Below are positions 38,101 to 47,063 of a DNA stretch of 64,000 nucleotides, piece after piece. Below the pieces are notes generated by a model. That model saw nothing but the letters and a program-made list of their open reading frames with translations. It made no database searches and had not been told where the DNA came from. Every line of letters begins with the position of its first letter. Positions within the stretch are counted from its first letter, which is position 1. This DNA is from Schizochytrium sp. TIO01 (Eukaryota > Protista > Bigyra: Labyrinthulomycetes), in NCBI GenBank assembly GCA_004764695.1, contig SMSO01000008.1, positions 496,001 through 560,000 on the forward strand. Reading direction: 5' to 3'. Position numbers and translations under genes: made by a program.

Positions 38101-38521
38101 AGGTATGGTGTGCATAAAAGTCATCTTGTCTGTGTGTCATTTCCAGCAAAGCTAGGTGCAGTTCATTTAAGTAATCAATGTAAAACCTTGACAAAATAAA
38201 CTGAGAGACAAAACCAGACTCCACATCGATATCTCTGGGTTCCTGCAATAGTGTCAGTATGTCTAGAAGGCTATGCAACATCTCCTCAAAGTCTACAAGA
38301 GCCTCAACACGTTCACTTCCGGAGAGTCGTTTATTGACAGCAATGACATCTTTCACTATACCCCAGATGGCTTTCCTTTTTTTGCCCAAAACACCTGGAG
38401 TGCTCAAGGCATCACGAAGCTCATTTGCAAGGTCATCTAGTCTCGCGTCGCCAGCTCCTTTGCGATGTCTCTGTGGAACAACCGCGCGACTTTGTGCCTT
38501 TTTGCCAACTAGACTTGACAT
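32198..38521 (-). CDS. Gene A: MLKL-like helical N-terminal domain + TKL-type pseudokinase + ~12 SAM-like domains (2107 aa)
   Basis: Kinase motifs HQGTFG, VVAK, LHRNLQPRNVLL (no catalytic Asp), DFG, YAAPE, SDVYSF. SAM pattern e.g. VLKILKEAGLEKYQANFSEHKFRTLKDCQKLDHTILRSMGVSTYTERAKALRVL. Confidence 0.88.
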   Translation of the reverse strand: MSSLVGKKAQSRAVVPQRHRKGAGDARLDDLANELRDALSTPGVLGKKRKAIWGIVKDVIAVNKRLSGSERVEALVDFEEMLHSLLDILTLLQEPRDIDVESGFVSQFILSRFYIDYLNELHLALLEMTHRQDDFYAHHTFDADDVFEVFKSDNRKDLERDAAMLKQSLEAVSSEYPPLSRLARKVSHMVRDLSAKGLDAKLHSSKAGRKSLKGRLAELASKLAVEMQAESATIRRKKVKLIEPIIHQGTFGTAVAGRWRGIDVVAKSDPSFTSVQDQVEILRVLRVWTNISHRNLVHLWGAYMWDMRLQLVLERCDWSLDDLLDDEEVELTPSQEETIMKGVARGLAHLHSLNILHRNLQPRNVLLLEGAEPGVKLTDFGFIPDSFAEGNIPYAAPETLELPARWSPRSDVYSFAILCWQIKERQPPWYNYTVDEVVDAVDRGERPTFGDNTGWKARMCKLIKQCWAPQPKFRPNMDMVLQKVSEMPRERRSTRVMNTLFRLHGADEDITSNTSSDNKDIHNGVSHRFSLFRSPAASKRINSDSVDEIFQDPGLKEHYKEVFKKATQNKREAKAAKRAKKKKALEQQAVARRLSIIQANKGEPYPSVRRTTSHTDQDDEALAIEVADPDLGHPSGENYHGSTSSRPSEPQSVIIDSPTSIWKVKPARPQSFTSSSGSSVAASQSTSSSRSRTRSSQSSKRSHSVGNNNHRSERSSRTPSVGADRVSRTSGVSSQSEVKSHSTTKSDAKRVVSKRMSISYRKSRQSSNKRISTIIEEGSEDEESESDSTPPATVQESSSCSQNSECSSNSRLESCGREPLSERQVLQEMFEAAEIADKLDAALENGFSIEAGKKGSHVELKAAGGIPMGKRFEIIKACQAYEPPSGDAESEQGSKRSSKSSYASSKRSSVRSTKSINSHKSAPILPPGNVDTLRAIFTEIGLESKVDAAIASGFTVEQGEQGNTDSLKEAGFAFKERFDIVKACQTYVPPSGDAKPNDDEGGRNRQSSRASSKQSSASGRRSSSSRTSGRSSKSRHEETPENPSVSIPSEREVLQDIFQAAGVPDKLDAALDNGFSIEAGKKGSHVELKAAGGIPMGKRFEIIKACQAYEPPSGDAESEQGSKRSSKSSYASSKRSSVRSTKSINSHKSAPILPPGNVDTLRAIFTEIGLESKVDAAIASGFTVEQGEQGNTDSLKEAGFAFKERFDIIKACQTYVPPSGDAKPNDDEGGRNRQSSRASSKQSSASGRRSSSSRTSGRSSKSRHEETPENPSVSIPSEREVLQDIFQAAGVPDKLDAALDNGFSIEAGKKGSHVELKAAGGIPMGKRFEIIKACQAYEPPSGDAESEQGSKRSSKSSYASSKRSSKSSYASSKRSKNSKRSKSSHEVDDEEEIARTPEEKALQRIFEEVGLGDKFEDALTHGFTIEAGKKGSHVELKAAGGIPMGKRCEIIKACQAYKPPSGDAESEQGSKRRSSKSSYASSKVSEKSSTSEQDGEQDDYPPEHKPLHKIFVDLQIEDKFEDALTHGFSMEVGMAGSHVGLEEAGVSMGKRHHLIKACKAYGQNLKGERRSRKKSVIPSEDEIARDDAIVLEIFKKAKVPDKFEDAKIHGFSLAVGRTGSVQELKSAGVLRAERAAIIKLCQEYRDINSRASSDTEEEDENEEEDAVVAEVEDDEAEEDESNNHEETGLPIATPDVDSEVLKILKEAGLEKYQANFSEHKFRTLKDCQKLDHTILRSMGVSTYTERAKALRVLRDPHDEPKETSKPIELPKPIELPLPIEPYPPSPSEVNEQTQIREILKKAGVSDSDCDKLFEKGANTIENCKALSHRELRNIGFPNFSTRDKMIQAFSDLPDQSRPARQSKITSFIRKSIARLSRKSKRESQPAPEPLEGLSEEEKSADNDSTTDEDSRLSSSISSGTGSTRSRRSEPVVDENSEKGMVLKILRQHELMSAFKALDEANLTSMRKMKKLTHTELRAAGFIRFGDRQKIIEAFTPNDSSRTKPNSISNAAEPARERSSTVASRRSTRLFSIMEEDARMDEVTRVLKNIGMDSYAALIISKGYDTVEKAAQLNHTVLRKDICISTYKDRDVIIQAFRDEKAKKNGAA
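34430..36060 (-). repeat. In-frame 684-bp (228-aa, two-SAM) tandem repeat in gene A, ~2.4 copies
   Basis: Identical shadow ORFs recur at a 684-bp offset (34708/35392, 34730/35414, 35017/35701). Confidence 0.93.
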
Positions 38522-39939
38522 CTTCCGCTATTCTGAACAAAAACCGTCTGTTTAGGAGGCCGTCGATGGTTCTTGCAAGGTCAGTCTCGCACTCCAGATC
38601 TCCGCTACTTTTATACGATACTAATAGCCAGCTACTGGTGCAGCTTACCACCGTCTCAAACCTTGACTAATGTCAGCTGCACAAACTTGGTCGTAGATTT
38701 CGTCGTGCTTGTCACAGCACGAGCTGCTGCTGCTGCTGTTGCTGCAACTCTCTAAAGGCTTACTAATACAAACAGTAGGACTATGTTGAACACACGCCGC
38801 CTTGATCAGCAATCTCGTGCACCACGGTGATTTGCGACGGCCTGAGCCCTGTGCGAGCGCGTAGAGCCTCTTTGAAGATACGTGGGGCTCCCTTTGCTCT
38901 GCAACAGCAGCTGTGCTGGTGGGTTAGATCCCACGCAAGCACCTAGCCACCTGCTGCCTAGACGGATTGCGGTCTGCCTCCTCGTGCGCGTGCACCAACT
39001 TGACAACCTCAAAGTCCAAGCGCGTTTTCCCCTCCTCTATAGCCGACTTGTGTATATTTATTCTCTACTTTGTTTACCTTTTAACTTACTGTACACCCTC
39101 TATACTCTATTTACACTGCCTCGGCCACACTGCAGTATCTCTTGCACACAAACATCTTCCCCTGCTGTCCACTTGTGCTATAGTCTACTTGCAAAGAGCC
39201 CCACAAGTGAGTTATAACAACGCTAAAGTGAGCTTTATATTTTCATAAATACACTATATTCTGCCGCAAGTCGAGAATGGCGACCCTTTCTCTTCGACGT
39301 GCACACTAGTCTCCCGCGACCCGGCGCGTGCACGGGCGACGGCGACGACAAACCTATCAACCAGAGGATCACCAAGACCGTCGATCGATTCATCGGCGTA
39401 TCGACAAAGATTAGGCAAAGATCGCAGGCTCGAGCAAGCAAAGCGACCGGCGCGCATGGGCCTTGTCACCAACGTGGTCTTCTTCGAGTGGGCGGAGTGC
39501 CACGGCTAGGAGCTGTAGGTGCCGACAGCTACGAAGCACATCCTTCCAACTCAAAGTCCCTCCGTGGCCGACTCGGCGGGCGAGGGAAGGGTGTGTACCA
39601 GTGGGAGTTCGAGCTCACGTTCAATTGAAGTTCAACTTGAAGTTCAACTTCAGAGGCGCGAGACTGAGCTTGACAGTTCGGCCCGAGTGGCCATCTTCAT
39701 TGAGGATCTGTCACCCTCAGCCTGGCCACGGTGGGGAGGTATGTGGCATCGCAATGGTGGTGGCCAGAGCTGGCCATTAGTAGAAGGCACCTTGCGTTTG
39801 GATGGTGCCCAGCTTCAGTATCGTCCACGGCCGAGACTATCATTTCTTGATTTTCAGTGAGGCAGTGATTACATGATGATGTAGGTGCTGCTGGTACACA
39901 CCAACTAACACGCCGGGCAGCCGGCCAGGTTTTGTCCAA

Positions 39940-40330
39940 TCTTCAACTTGGAGTTGCAACGTCGCGGCATTCGCACAACCACGATGTCCACGGGTCCTTC
40001 CCGAGGAATCCCTGAGAAGGAGGTTTCCAAGTAGCTCGAGTCTCTGCAATGCGATTATTTGCAGATTTGAGGGCGAAACCATAGGACTGGTCTTGCATTG
40101 CAACACTCGTGAGTATGGACTCAACGAAAGACATCATCACCGTTTCTGAGCTACGATTGTAGCAGTCAAGCGGTACTCCGTCTGTTACATTCAGCCGGCC
40201 CATTGCACACTGCCCGAGAGGCTACGATGGTGTCTTTGCAGCTTGGAGCCGGCCATGAAACGGTGGAGCCTCATCGTTCTTTAGCAAGGCAGCGCAACTT
40301 ATGCGCTTGCCCCGATTGCTTACACGTGCA
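39940..40330 (+). pseudogene. Possible degraded EEP-family (CCR4/PDE12/nocturnin-like) gene relic
   Basis: Scattered fragments SCNVAAFAQ, KDIITVSEL and RGYDGVFAAWSRP*NGGASSFF occur in the expected order but in broken frames. Weak evidence. Confidence 0.25.
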
Positions 40331-41132
40331 AGGTCAGGGCTATTAGGCTGGCAAATCAAAACACCAGAGCACTGGGTACCTCGTGTAATCATCCAATGAG
40401 CTGCGAACCATGTTGTGCGTAATGTATGTTCTTTCTGGCTGCTGCAGACTTGAGGGCGCTCGCACACGTGTATGAGTAGCCTTTCGATTTATACACCAAA
40501 CTAGCAGATTGTTGCGAGGGGCATTTATTCAACGCGATCTTAAATCTTCAAAGCAGTTCTCATAGGTTGGATAATGCAACGGGTGCTAAATATAGCCCAT
40601 GCGGCCTTTGCGCGATGGCAAGATCGGGCGCTTTATGGGTAAGATTACTTCTTTTTAATGTTCTCTAAGTTTTAAGACCCTAGAATCAGGGAATGTGGAT
40701 ATGGGCAAATTACCGGTCTTGTACGGACAGAGTCGACTAATTGGCCTGTCCAAGTTCGCCTGGGGGTTGAGAAGCCAAACAGAGACCTTTGGACGGGGTG
40801 CATAAGTTGAGCAGGAAACCGGCACATATGAAATACTACAACAGAGTTCTTATATGCACCTGTGATGCGGCTATCTGCCGATCTATGATGGTTGGAAATC
40901 TACAAGCCTTTCAGACCGAAAATACAGGAGTGATGGGTCCACCGAATAATACTTCTGTCGAATGGATTGCGCGTGCAAGGGCTCAACATTGAAAAGATAA
41001 CAACAGGGAGAGATAAATAAGCTTGTTTTATTCTTGAGGTGATGCAGATAGAAGGTCAATGTATGCAGGTCGAACATCTCTGTCAAAATTTTGTTTGATT
41101 TCCACATTAAAATTATATTACATATTATGCAG

Positions 41133-42006
41133 GTCTTTGTTAAGTAGTGAAGGTTAGGTAAGAAAATGGAATGGCCGAAGAACTACCAAGCTCCGAATAG
41201 TGCAAGTGAACCAAACCTTCAATTCGAATTATCAAAGCGCTTCAACTAGAAGTTTGGCGCCTCAGTACGTACCCTTCGGGTGCTTCCCCGGAGGCAATTG
41301 CAAATACGCAAGTGACGATGTCGAGGGCACCGATGGCTATGGTTTGTTACGGCGGCTGCGAGCAACGCAGCACTGACCGTACCATTATCTCCGAGATGGT
41401 GTTTCCCGCCAAGAGAAAGAGAATTCTACATTCTAGGTTGGCATCCTCCAGCGTGTCTATCCAGACGCCTCCGCCGTCGACAAAGGCATTGGTAGAGGGG
41501 TCGACTTTAAAAGGCTGGGCTTGCGCCACCTGATGACCTGGACCACTGAGATCCACCACCAGCTTAAGCTTTGGCTCTGTGAAAACTATGGTGTTCTCCT
41601 TTTGCATAAATTTGAAACCTCAACAAGTTAACAAGATGGATCAAAATCAAGACCGCTCGAGTGATGTATCGTTCGTTGGTTCCAGCCACACGCCCATTCA
41701 CAAAGCCGAGCTATTCACCACTGATGTAAACTGATTCTTTTTCGAGATTAATGCACTTCAAAACCATGCAATGAGTGTGTTATCATCCATGACAAGCTCA
41801 AAACATCCTTGATTTTCAAATGCCCCCCAAGATGCAAATACATAGCTGATCGTGATCTCCGTGCCGACAGAGGCATCCTTTTGCGCTACCTATCCAAGGG
41901 CATGGTTTAGGAATTATTCTTGAGTCGCAGGTTAGCTTTTGACTTGCGATCGGGCCTTAGCCCCACTTTGTCACCATAGAACATGCAAGTCTTGCAAATC
42001 CTATAG
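41133..42006 (+). mobile_element. Internally deleted, non-autonomous copy of the IS607/Fanzor2 element
   Basis: aggtctttgttaagtagtgaaggttaggtaagaaaatgg matches the copy-1 left end, and a TnpA relic follows (QRVYPDASAVDKGIGRGVDFKR). Near 41540 the sequence jumps to Fanzor LWLCENYG, TSKPCNEC and ADRDLRADRGILLRYLSK, then the hairpins and TATAG. Confidence 0.88.
41915..42006 (+). ncRNA. Putative omegaRNA scaffold (copy 2)
   Basis: Hairpins at 41925-41949, 41952-41963 and 41984-41996 are homologous to those of copy 1. Confidence 0.65.
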
Positions 42007-42473
42007 GTCAATTACCGAGTGAAGTTTTATGAAGTTTTATTTGTCAAATTATGTCATGTCATCCTCTTTCGTAATTTTAAATTCCAAGAACGGCGCTTGT
42101 TGTTGGCGTTTATAACGAAAACTTGACAGTGGATGTCTGCTTGATATGAGAAGTGCCAAAACTCTCAGAGGCAAAGCCCTGCACATAGTTCTTGCAACCC
42201 AAGTTGAGCAAGGGATATTTTTATGCACAATTCCTGAATTAGCACAACAATACTTTCTTGGCTTTGACAATGTGTGCTAAAGGTACGCATGGCAAGGGCT
42301 AGAAGGCGAGGGCTAGAAGGCGATTCCTGTGCGATTTCGCGTTGCTTAGATCTGGGCGAAGTTGGATTGCTTACTTGCATACTTGCTTATTAGTTGTTTA
42401 AAAAAAAATTGGTCCGCTATTTTTCTGGTATTCAGTTGAGCTGAAACAAAGCTACATAAAGAGCCAAAGGGGC

Positions 42474-45400
42474 CTAGAAGAGCCCAAGGAACTTCTTTTT
42501 CTTCTTGGGCTTCTCGTAGGAGACAGCCAGATCTATTTCTTTGCAGACAACCTCACGGATTTGGCGACCAGCGCCAAATCGCACAAGGTACTTGCTATCT
42601 GGAAGCTTGTTTGCAACCTGTCCAATTTCACCCATGTGCACACGAGCGTTTGTTCCCTTATAACGAACATAACTCCCGATTGCAAACTTAGGTCGCATGT
42701 TAGGTCGAGCATCTTCACCATAGCGCGATGGAGTAACGGCACCCTTAACAGCATTGAGGATCTTCTCACGGTCTCCAAACATAGTAATCCCCATGTTACG
42801 AAGCTGGGGGTGTCCAAGTTTCGAGCACTTACTCACTGTATCAAAGCCAGCATTACACATCGCCTTGTAGTATCTCTGTACGCCAGCATCAGTAAGCAAG
42901 TCCAAAAGTTCTTCGTCCTCAGAGGAACTGCCACCCCGACGTCGTGAACTAGATCGTGACCGAGACCGGCTGCCACTGCGAGAAGACACAGCTTGAAAGG
43001 CCTTGATGATCTGATCGCGCTCAGCATATGTAGGTATATTCATAGTACGAAGGGTTGTGTGATTCAGTTCTTTGCATTGCTTCAAGGTAGGATATCGACG
43101 GGAGATGATCGCATAATAGCGATCTGCGCCAGCACTTTTCAGGGCTTTACGAATGGCAGCTGAATCATCGGCATCAGACGAACTTCCGCTCGAGCTACTG
43201 GAGCCCCGACGCCGAGAGTGAGATTTTGGTTTCTTCTCTGCATTGGCCTTAATGTACTTAATAATCTCAAAGCGTTGGGTCATAGGAATATCAACCGCCT
43301 TTAACTCAACGTGTGAACCTTTCAAAGCTTTCTCTACTGTGAAACCCTGCTTCAGCAGTGGACTTAGCTTTGAATAACATCTTACACTCTTAAGCGCATC
43401 TTTGATGATTTCTTCATCATCACTACTTCCCTCCGAGCTCTCAGAAGAAGACGAACTTCCTCGGGAGCGACCCCGACTGCGACTTTTGCTTCGCGATTTG
43501 CTACTTGACTTCAAGTCTTTCATGGCTTTCATTAACTTATCACGATCTGAGAACAAGGTTATACCGGCCGATCGGAGGTCAGCATGGTTCAGAGCTTGAC
43601 ACTTCTTAACCGTATTAAAGCCTTGTTCGAACAGCTTCTTCCTGTAGATGCTCATACCTACACTCTTCAAAGCATCCTTAATAAGTGCTTCGTCATCACC
43701 CGAGCTCGAGGAAGACGAAGATGATGACGACCTCTTGCTACCTCGAGATCGGCCGCGAGATCGACTCCGACTACGTGACTTGCTCTTGCTCTTGCTCTTG
43801 CTCTTTCGTGAAGATTTATAGGCTTTAAAGGCCTTGATGAGACGTTCCCGTTCGCTGTATGTCAATATGAAAGATAGCAAATCAGCGTGGGTGAGGGACT
43901 GGCAAGTCTCAATCGAGTCAAAGCCCTTCTTGAATAGGTCTTTACGATATTGATCAAGCTTATTCTCCTTTAAGATCTCTTTGATCGTAGCTTCATCCTC
44001 AGAACTTCCTCCACTTCCTGACGAGCTTGATCCAGAGGAACTGCCTTTGCTACTGTCACTCCCACTCGATGAAGACGAGGAGCTATGCTTCTTTTTAGAC
44101 TTACTCTTGCTACGACTCTTGCTTCTCTTTGAGGGTTTTAAGTCGCGGAAGGCTGTAATGATCTTATCACGATCTGAGAAGAGTGACACACCAGCAACAC
44201 GTAGATTGGCATGTGTGAGATCCTTAGTCTTCTTGAAGGAGGTTAGGCCAACTTTCTTAAATTCCCTCGCATACTTCTCGTTATCCAGCTTCTTTAAAAC
44301 TTTCTTAATTTCACCCCACTCATCTGCACTTGAGCCAGAACTACTCCCAGAAGACCCGGAACTAGAACCTGATGAGGAGCTGCTCTCGCTTTTGCTGCGC
44401 TTCCGGCTCCGGGGCTTGCTTACAGATACGTTCTTAAAGGCGCTTATGATCTTGTCGCGATCAGCAAACCTGGTTATCCCAGCATTTTTGCGCAGGTCAG
44501 TATGGTTCACCTCTTTGAGTTTCTTCAGAGACATTAAGTCAGCTTTTTGGAGGTTTCTGCGGAAATCATCGAGTCCTTCTTTCTTGAGAATCTTCTTGAT
44601 CGTTGCTTTGTCATCTTCACGTGAATGGTCCCTGCTACGGCTGTGACTTCTCCTTCTTGACTTTGAAGCTTTCATTTCAGCAAAAGTGTTGATCACTTTC
44701 TCACGCTGAGTATACATTACCATTCCAGCCTCCCGCAGGTCGATATGTTGCATAGCTTTACACTTTTTGATCGTAGTGAAGCCCTTCTTTCGAAGGTACT
44801 TCCGAACCTTATCGTCAACTTCCAGTTTTTGGAGCGTCTTTTTGATCCTTTTCTCATCGTCACCACCACTACCTGAGTCCGAGCTGCTAAAAGAACTGCT
44901 TGAACTACCACCGCGGGAACGGCTGCGACTCCTGTGCTTGGATTCGCTGTGGCTGCGGCTTGTCTTCATTTTCCCTTCGGCTTCCTTAAAGGCGTTGAGA
45001 ACTCTTTCACGATCAGTGAAAGACGACATTCCAACTTGTCTTAGATCAGAGTGACTCATTTCGGCGCACTTCTTAACACTATTGAACCCTTTCTTTATTA
45101 AGTCCTTCCTTATTGAATCATTAATGTTGCATTCCTCCAGAACCTTTTTAATAACTGATTCCTCATCGCTCCTGCTGCTTCTGCTGCGACCGCGACTGAG
45201 GCTTTTACCCTCATCTAAATCACGGAGGCATTGGATCACTTTGTGGCGATCCGAATATAGGGTCATGCCGATTGCACGAAGCTCCCCGTGTGATAGATTC
45301 TTGCATTTTCGGATTGTAGTATAGCCACTATTAAAGAGAGTTTTGGTGTATTTCTCAAGACCCTCCTTTTTCAAGATCTTCTTGATCTCCTCCGAGTCGC

Positions 45401-47063
45401 TGCCCGCATCAATCTCGTTGCTACTGCTGCTACCTGAGGCTGAATCTCTTGAGCCCCCGCCTGCCGAGCTACTATCCGCCTGGCTCTGACCATATTCATG
45501 GGAAGGTTGCTCCGTCGTACCGAGACCAAACATCTGTTGCAACACACGAGTTGATCGTCGGTCTCGAATACGCTCCTCTAGCTCTCGTTGAATCTCCGCC
45601 ATGGAAGGTCTCTCCTCAATTCGCGCCGACCAAGCCTTCGTGACAATCTTCAGCAATCGCGACTTCCATGCTGTGTCATCACCTATGGATGGCCTGACGC
45701 CTTCTTGGACCTCCTCAATTATCGTTCCAGGATATTCGTTTACCCAAGGTTCTTGACGTTCCTTGATTTCATAGCATAACATGGCAAATGCGTACACGTC
45801 AGCATACTGGGTCCAATGCGGGGATTCGCCCATGATCTCTGGAGCCGTGTACGCCAACATGGACGAACTTTCGTGCTTGCACAAGCCAAAGTCAGTAAGC
45901 TTGATGTTCGAACGCAAGTGCTTGGCGCACATGACGGTCTCCGGGCACAAGTTCTGGTGTAGAATGTTGTGACTATGCAGGTGGGCTAAGCCCCGAGCTA
46001 CGCCTTTCATGATGGTTTCTTCTTCAATAAGAGATAGCTCCCGATCTCGATCGCTGAGAAACTCTTTCAGGCTAAAGTCGCAAGGTTCTACAATGAGCTC
46101 GACTTGCGACTCTAGGGCGCGTACGCCGTAGAGACGAACAAGATTGCGATGATTTATATTTTGCCAAGTCTGAGTTGCGCGGTCAAGCTGAGTGATCTCC
46201 TGAAGTTGCATTCTGGCAACCGAGACATGCTTGCTCAGAACACGTTTCTTCTTCCACACAGCGGCCGCAGGAGTACCAAAGATTCCCTGAGGCTCGACAC
46301 GAGCAAGGCCTGCGGGCTCATACGTAAGGTCGACCTCACGAATGGTAGCGTTTTTGATGAGCAGCTGGACAGCCAGCTGCATTGCGAGACCTTTGAAGCT
46401 GGTTCTCAGGAGCTCTCCATCCTCTGAGCTGGATGTCCAACACAAGTGGAAGTCTTCAGCACGTGACTGAAGAGGGGCTGTGAGGCGCTGGAGGTTTTGA
46501 GCCTCGGTATGGAGGAGCTGCAAGTCGAATTGGATAGCTTGGAGAGCAGCAGGAAGTATAGCGAGATCATCCTGCAAGTCTGCGAGGTTATCCTTGTCTA
46601 GTATGTGTGTCGTTGAGCTTGATGCAGGATCCTCGTCTTGGGTTGAAGTTGATTTAGAGTCAACTTCATTTTCATTGATGCTGCATACGCTCTGAAGAGT
46701 AAGGGTGAGGTCCTGTTGTAGACTATCGAGTTGCCCAATGAAGGATCGTGCATTGAAGAATTGCACAATGAAGGCTGGCAGGTATGACTGGCCTGTGGAA
46801 CGCGGTTCCTGAAGAGTGACAATAATGTCGAAAGTCTGGCGAGCGCATTGCTCGATCTGGACAAGGTCTTGTTTTGTAAGTCTCTGAGAAGCAGAAACGT
46901 TTTGCAAGATTTGTGTGACTAGCGTGAGGAGAGTGGCCCTTTTTCGTTCTAGCACACGTGGTGCCTGAAGTGCACCTTTGAGCTGCTTGAGCAAATCTTG
47001 GGTTTGTTTCTTAGTGGTGTCGTTGCCCACATTGCGGCTCCTCCTGAACAAGCTCGTTCGCAT
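42474..47063 (-). CDS. Gene B: MLKL-like N-terminal domain + pseudokinase + 10 SAM-like domains + SH3-like barrel + polybasic tail (1529 aa)
   Basis: Kinase motifs LHQNLCPETV, DFG, YTAPE. Ten ~60-aa repeats of the form I..IL...GL..Y...L...G..T...C..L.H.DLR..G......R.KII.AF, separated by S/R/K linkers. Ends KPKKKKKFLGLF. Confidence 0.9.
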   Translation of the reverse strand: MRTSLFRRSRNVGNDTTKKQTQDLLKQLKGALQAPRVLERKRATLLTLVTQILQNVSASQRLTKQDLVQIEQCARQTFDIIVTLQEPRSTGQSYLPAFIVQFFNARSFIGQLDSLQQDLTLTLQSVCSINENEVDSKSTSTQDEDPASSSTTHILDKDNLADLQDDLAILPAALQAIQFDLQLLHTEAQNLQRLTAPLQSRAEDFHLCWTSSSEDGELLRTSFKGLAMQLAVQLLIKNATIREVDLTYEPAGLARVEPQGIFGTPAAAVWKKKRVLSKHVSVARMQLQEITQLDRATQTWQNINHRNLVRLYGVRALESQVELIVEPCDFSLKEFLSDRDRELSLIEEETIMKGVARGLAHLHSHNILHQNLCPETVMCAKHLRSNIKLTDFGLCKHESSSMLAYTAPEIMGESPHWTQYADVYAFAMLCYEIKERQEPWVNEYPGTIIEEVQEGVRPSIGDDTAWKSRLLKIVTKAWSARIEERPSMAEIQRELEERIRDRRSTRVLQQMFGLGTTEQPSHEYGQSQADSSSAGGGSRDSASGSSSSNEIDAGSDSEEIKKILKKEGLEKYTKTLFNSGYTTIRKCKNLSHGELRAIGMTLYSDRHKVIQCLRDLDEGKSLSRGRSRSSRSDEESVIKKVLEECNINDSIRKDLIKKGFNSVKKCAEMSHSDLRQVGMSSFTDRERVLNAFKEAEGKMKTSRSHSESKHRSRSRSRGGSSSSSFSSSDSGSGGDDEKRIKKTLQKLEVDDKVRKYLRKKGFTTIKKCKAMQHIDLREAGMVMYTQREKVINTFAEMKASKSRRRSHSRSRDHSREDDKATIKKILKKEGLDDFRRNLQKADLMSLKKLKEVNHTDLRKNAGITRFADRDKIISAFKNVSVSKPRSRKRSKSESSSSSGSSSGSSGSSSGSSADEWGEIKKVLKKLDNEKYAREFKKVGLTSFKKTKDLTHANLRVAGVSLFSDRDKIITAFRDLKPSKRSKSRSKSKSKKKHSSSSSSSGSDSSKGSSSGSSSSGSGGSSEDEATIKEILKENKLDQYRKDLFKKGFDSIETCQSLTHADLLSFILTYSERERLIKAFKAYKSSRKSKSKSKSKSRSRSRSRGRSRGSKRSSSSSSSSSSGDDEALIKDALKSVGMSIYRKKLFEQGFNTVKKCQALNHADLRSAGITLFSDRDKLMKAMKDLKSSSKSRSKSRSRGRSRGSSSSSESSEGSSDDEEIIKDALKSVRCYSKLSPLLKQGFTVEKALKGSHVELKAVDIPMTQRFEIIKYIKANAEKKPKSHSRRRGSSSSSGSSSDADDSAAIRKALKSAGADRYYAIISRRYPTLKQCKELNHTTLRTMNIPTYAERDQIIKAFQAVSSRSGSRSRSRSSSRRRGGSSSEDEELLDLLTDAGVQRYYKAMCNAGFDTVSKCSKLGHPQLRNMGITMFGDREKILNAVKGAVTPSRYGEDARPNMRPKFAIGSYVRYKGTNARVHMGEIGQVANKLPDSKYLVRFGAGRQIREVVCKEIDLAVSYEKPKKKKKFLGLF

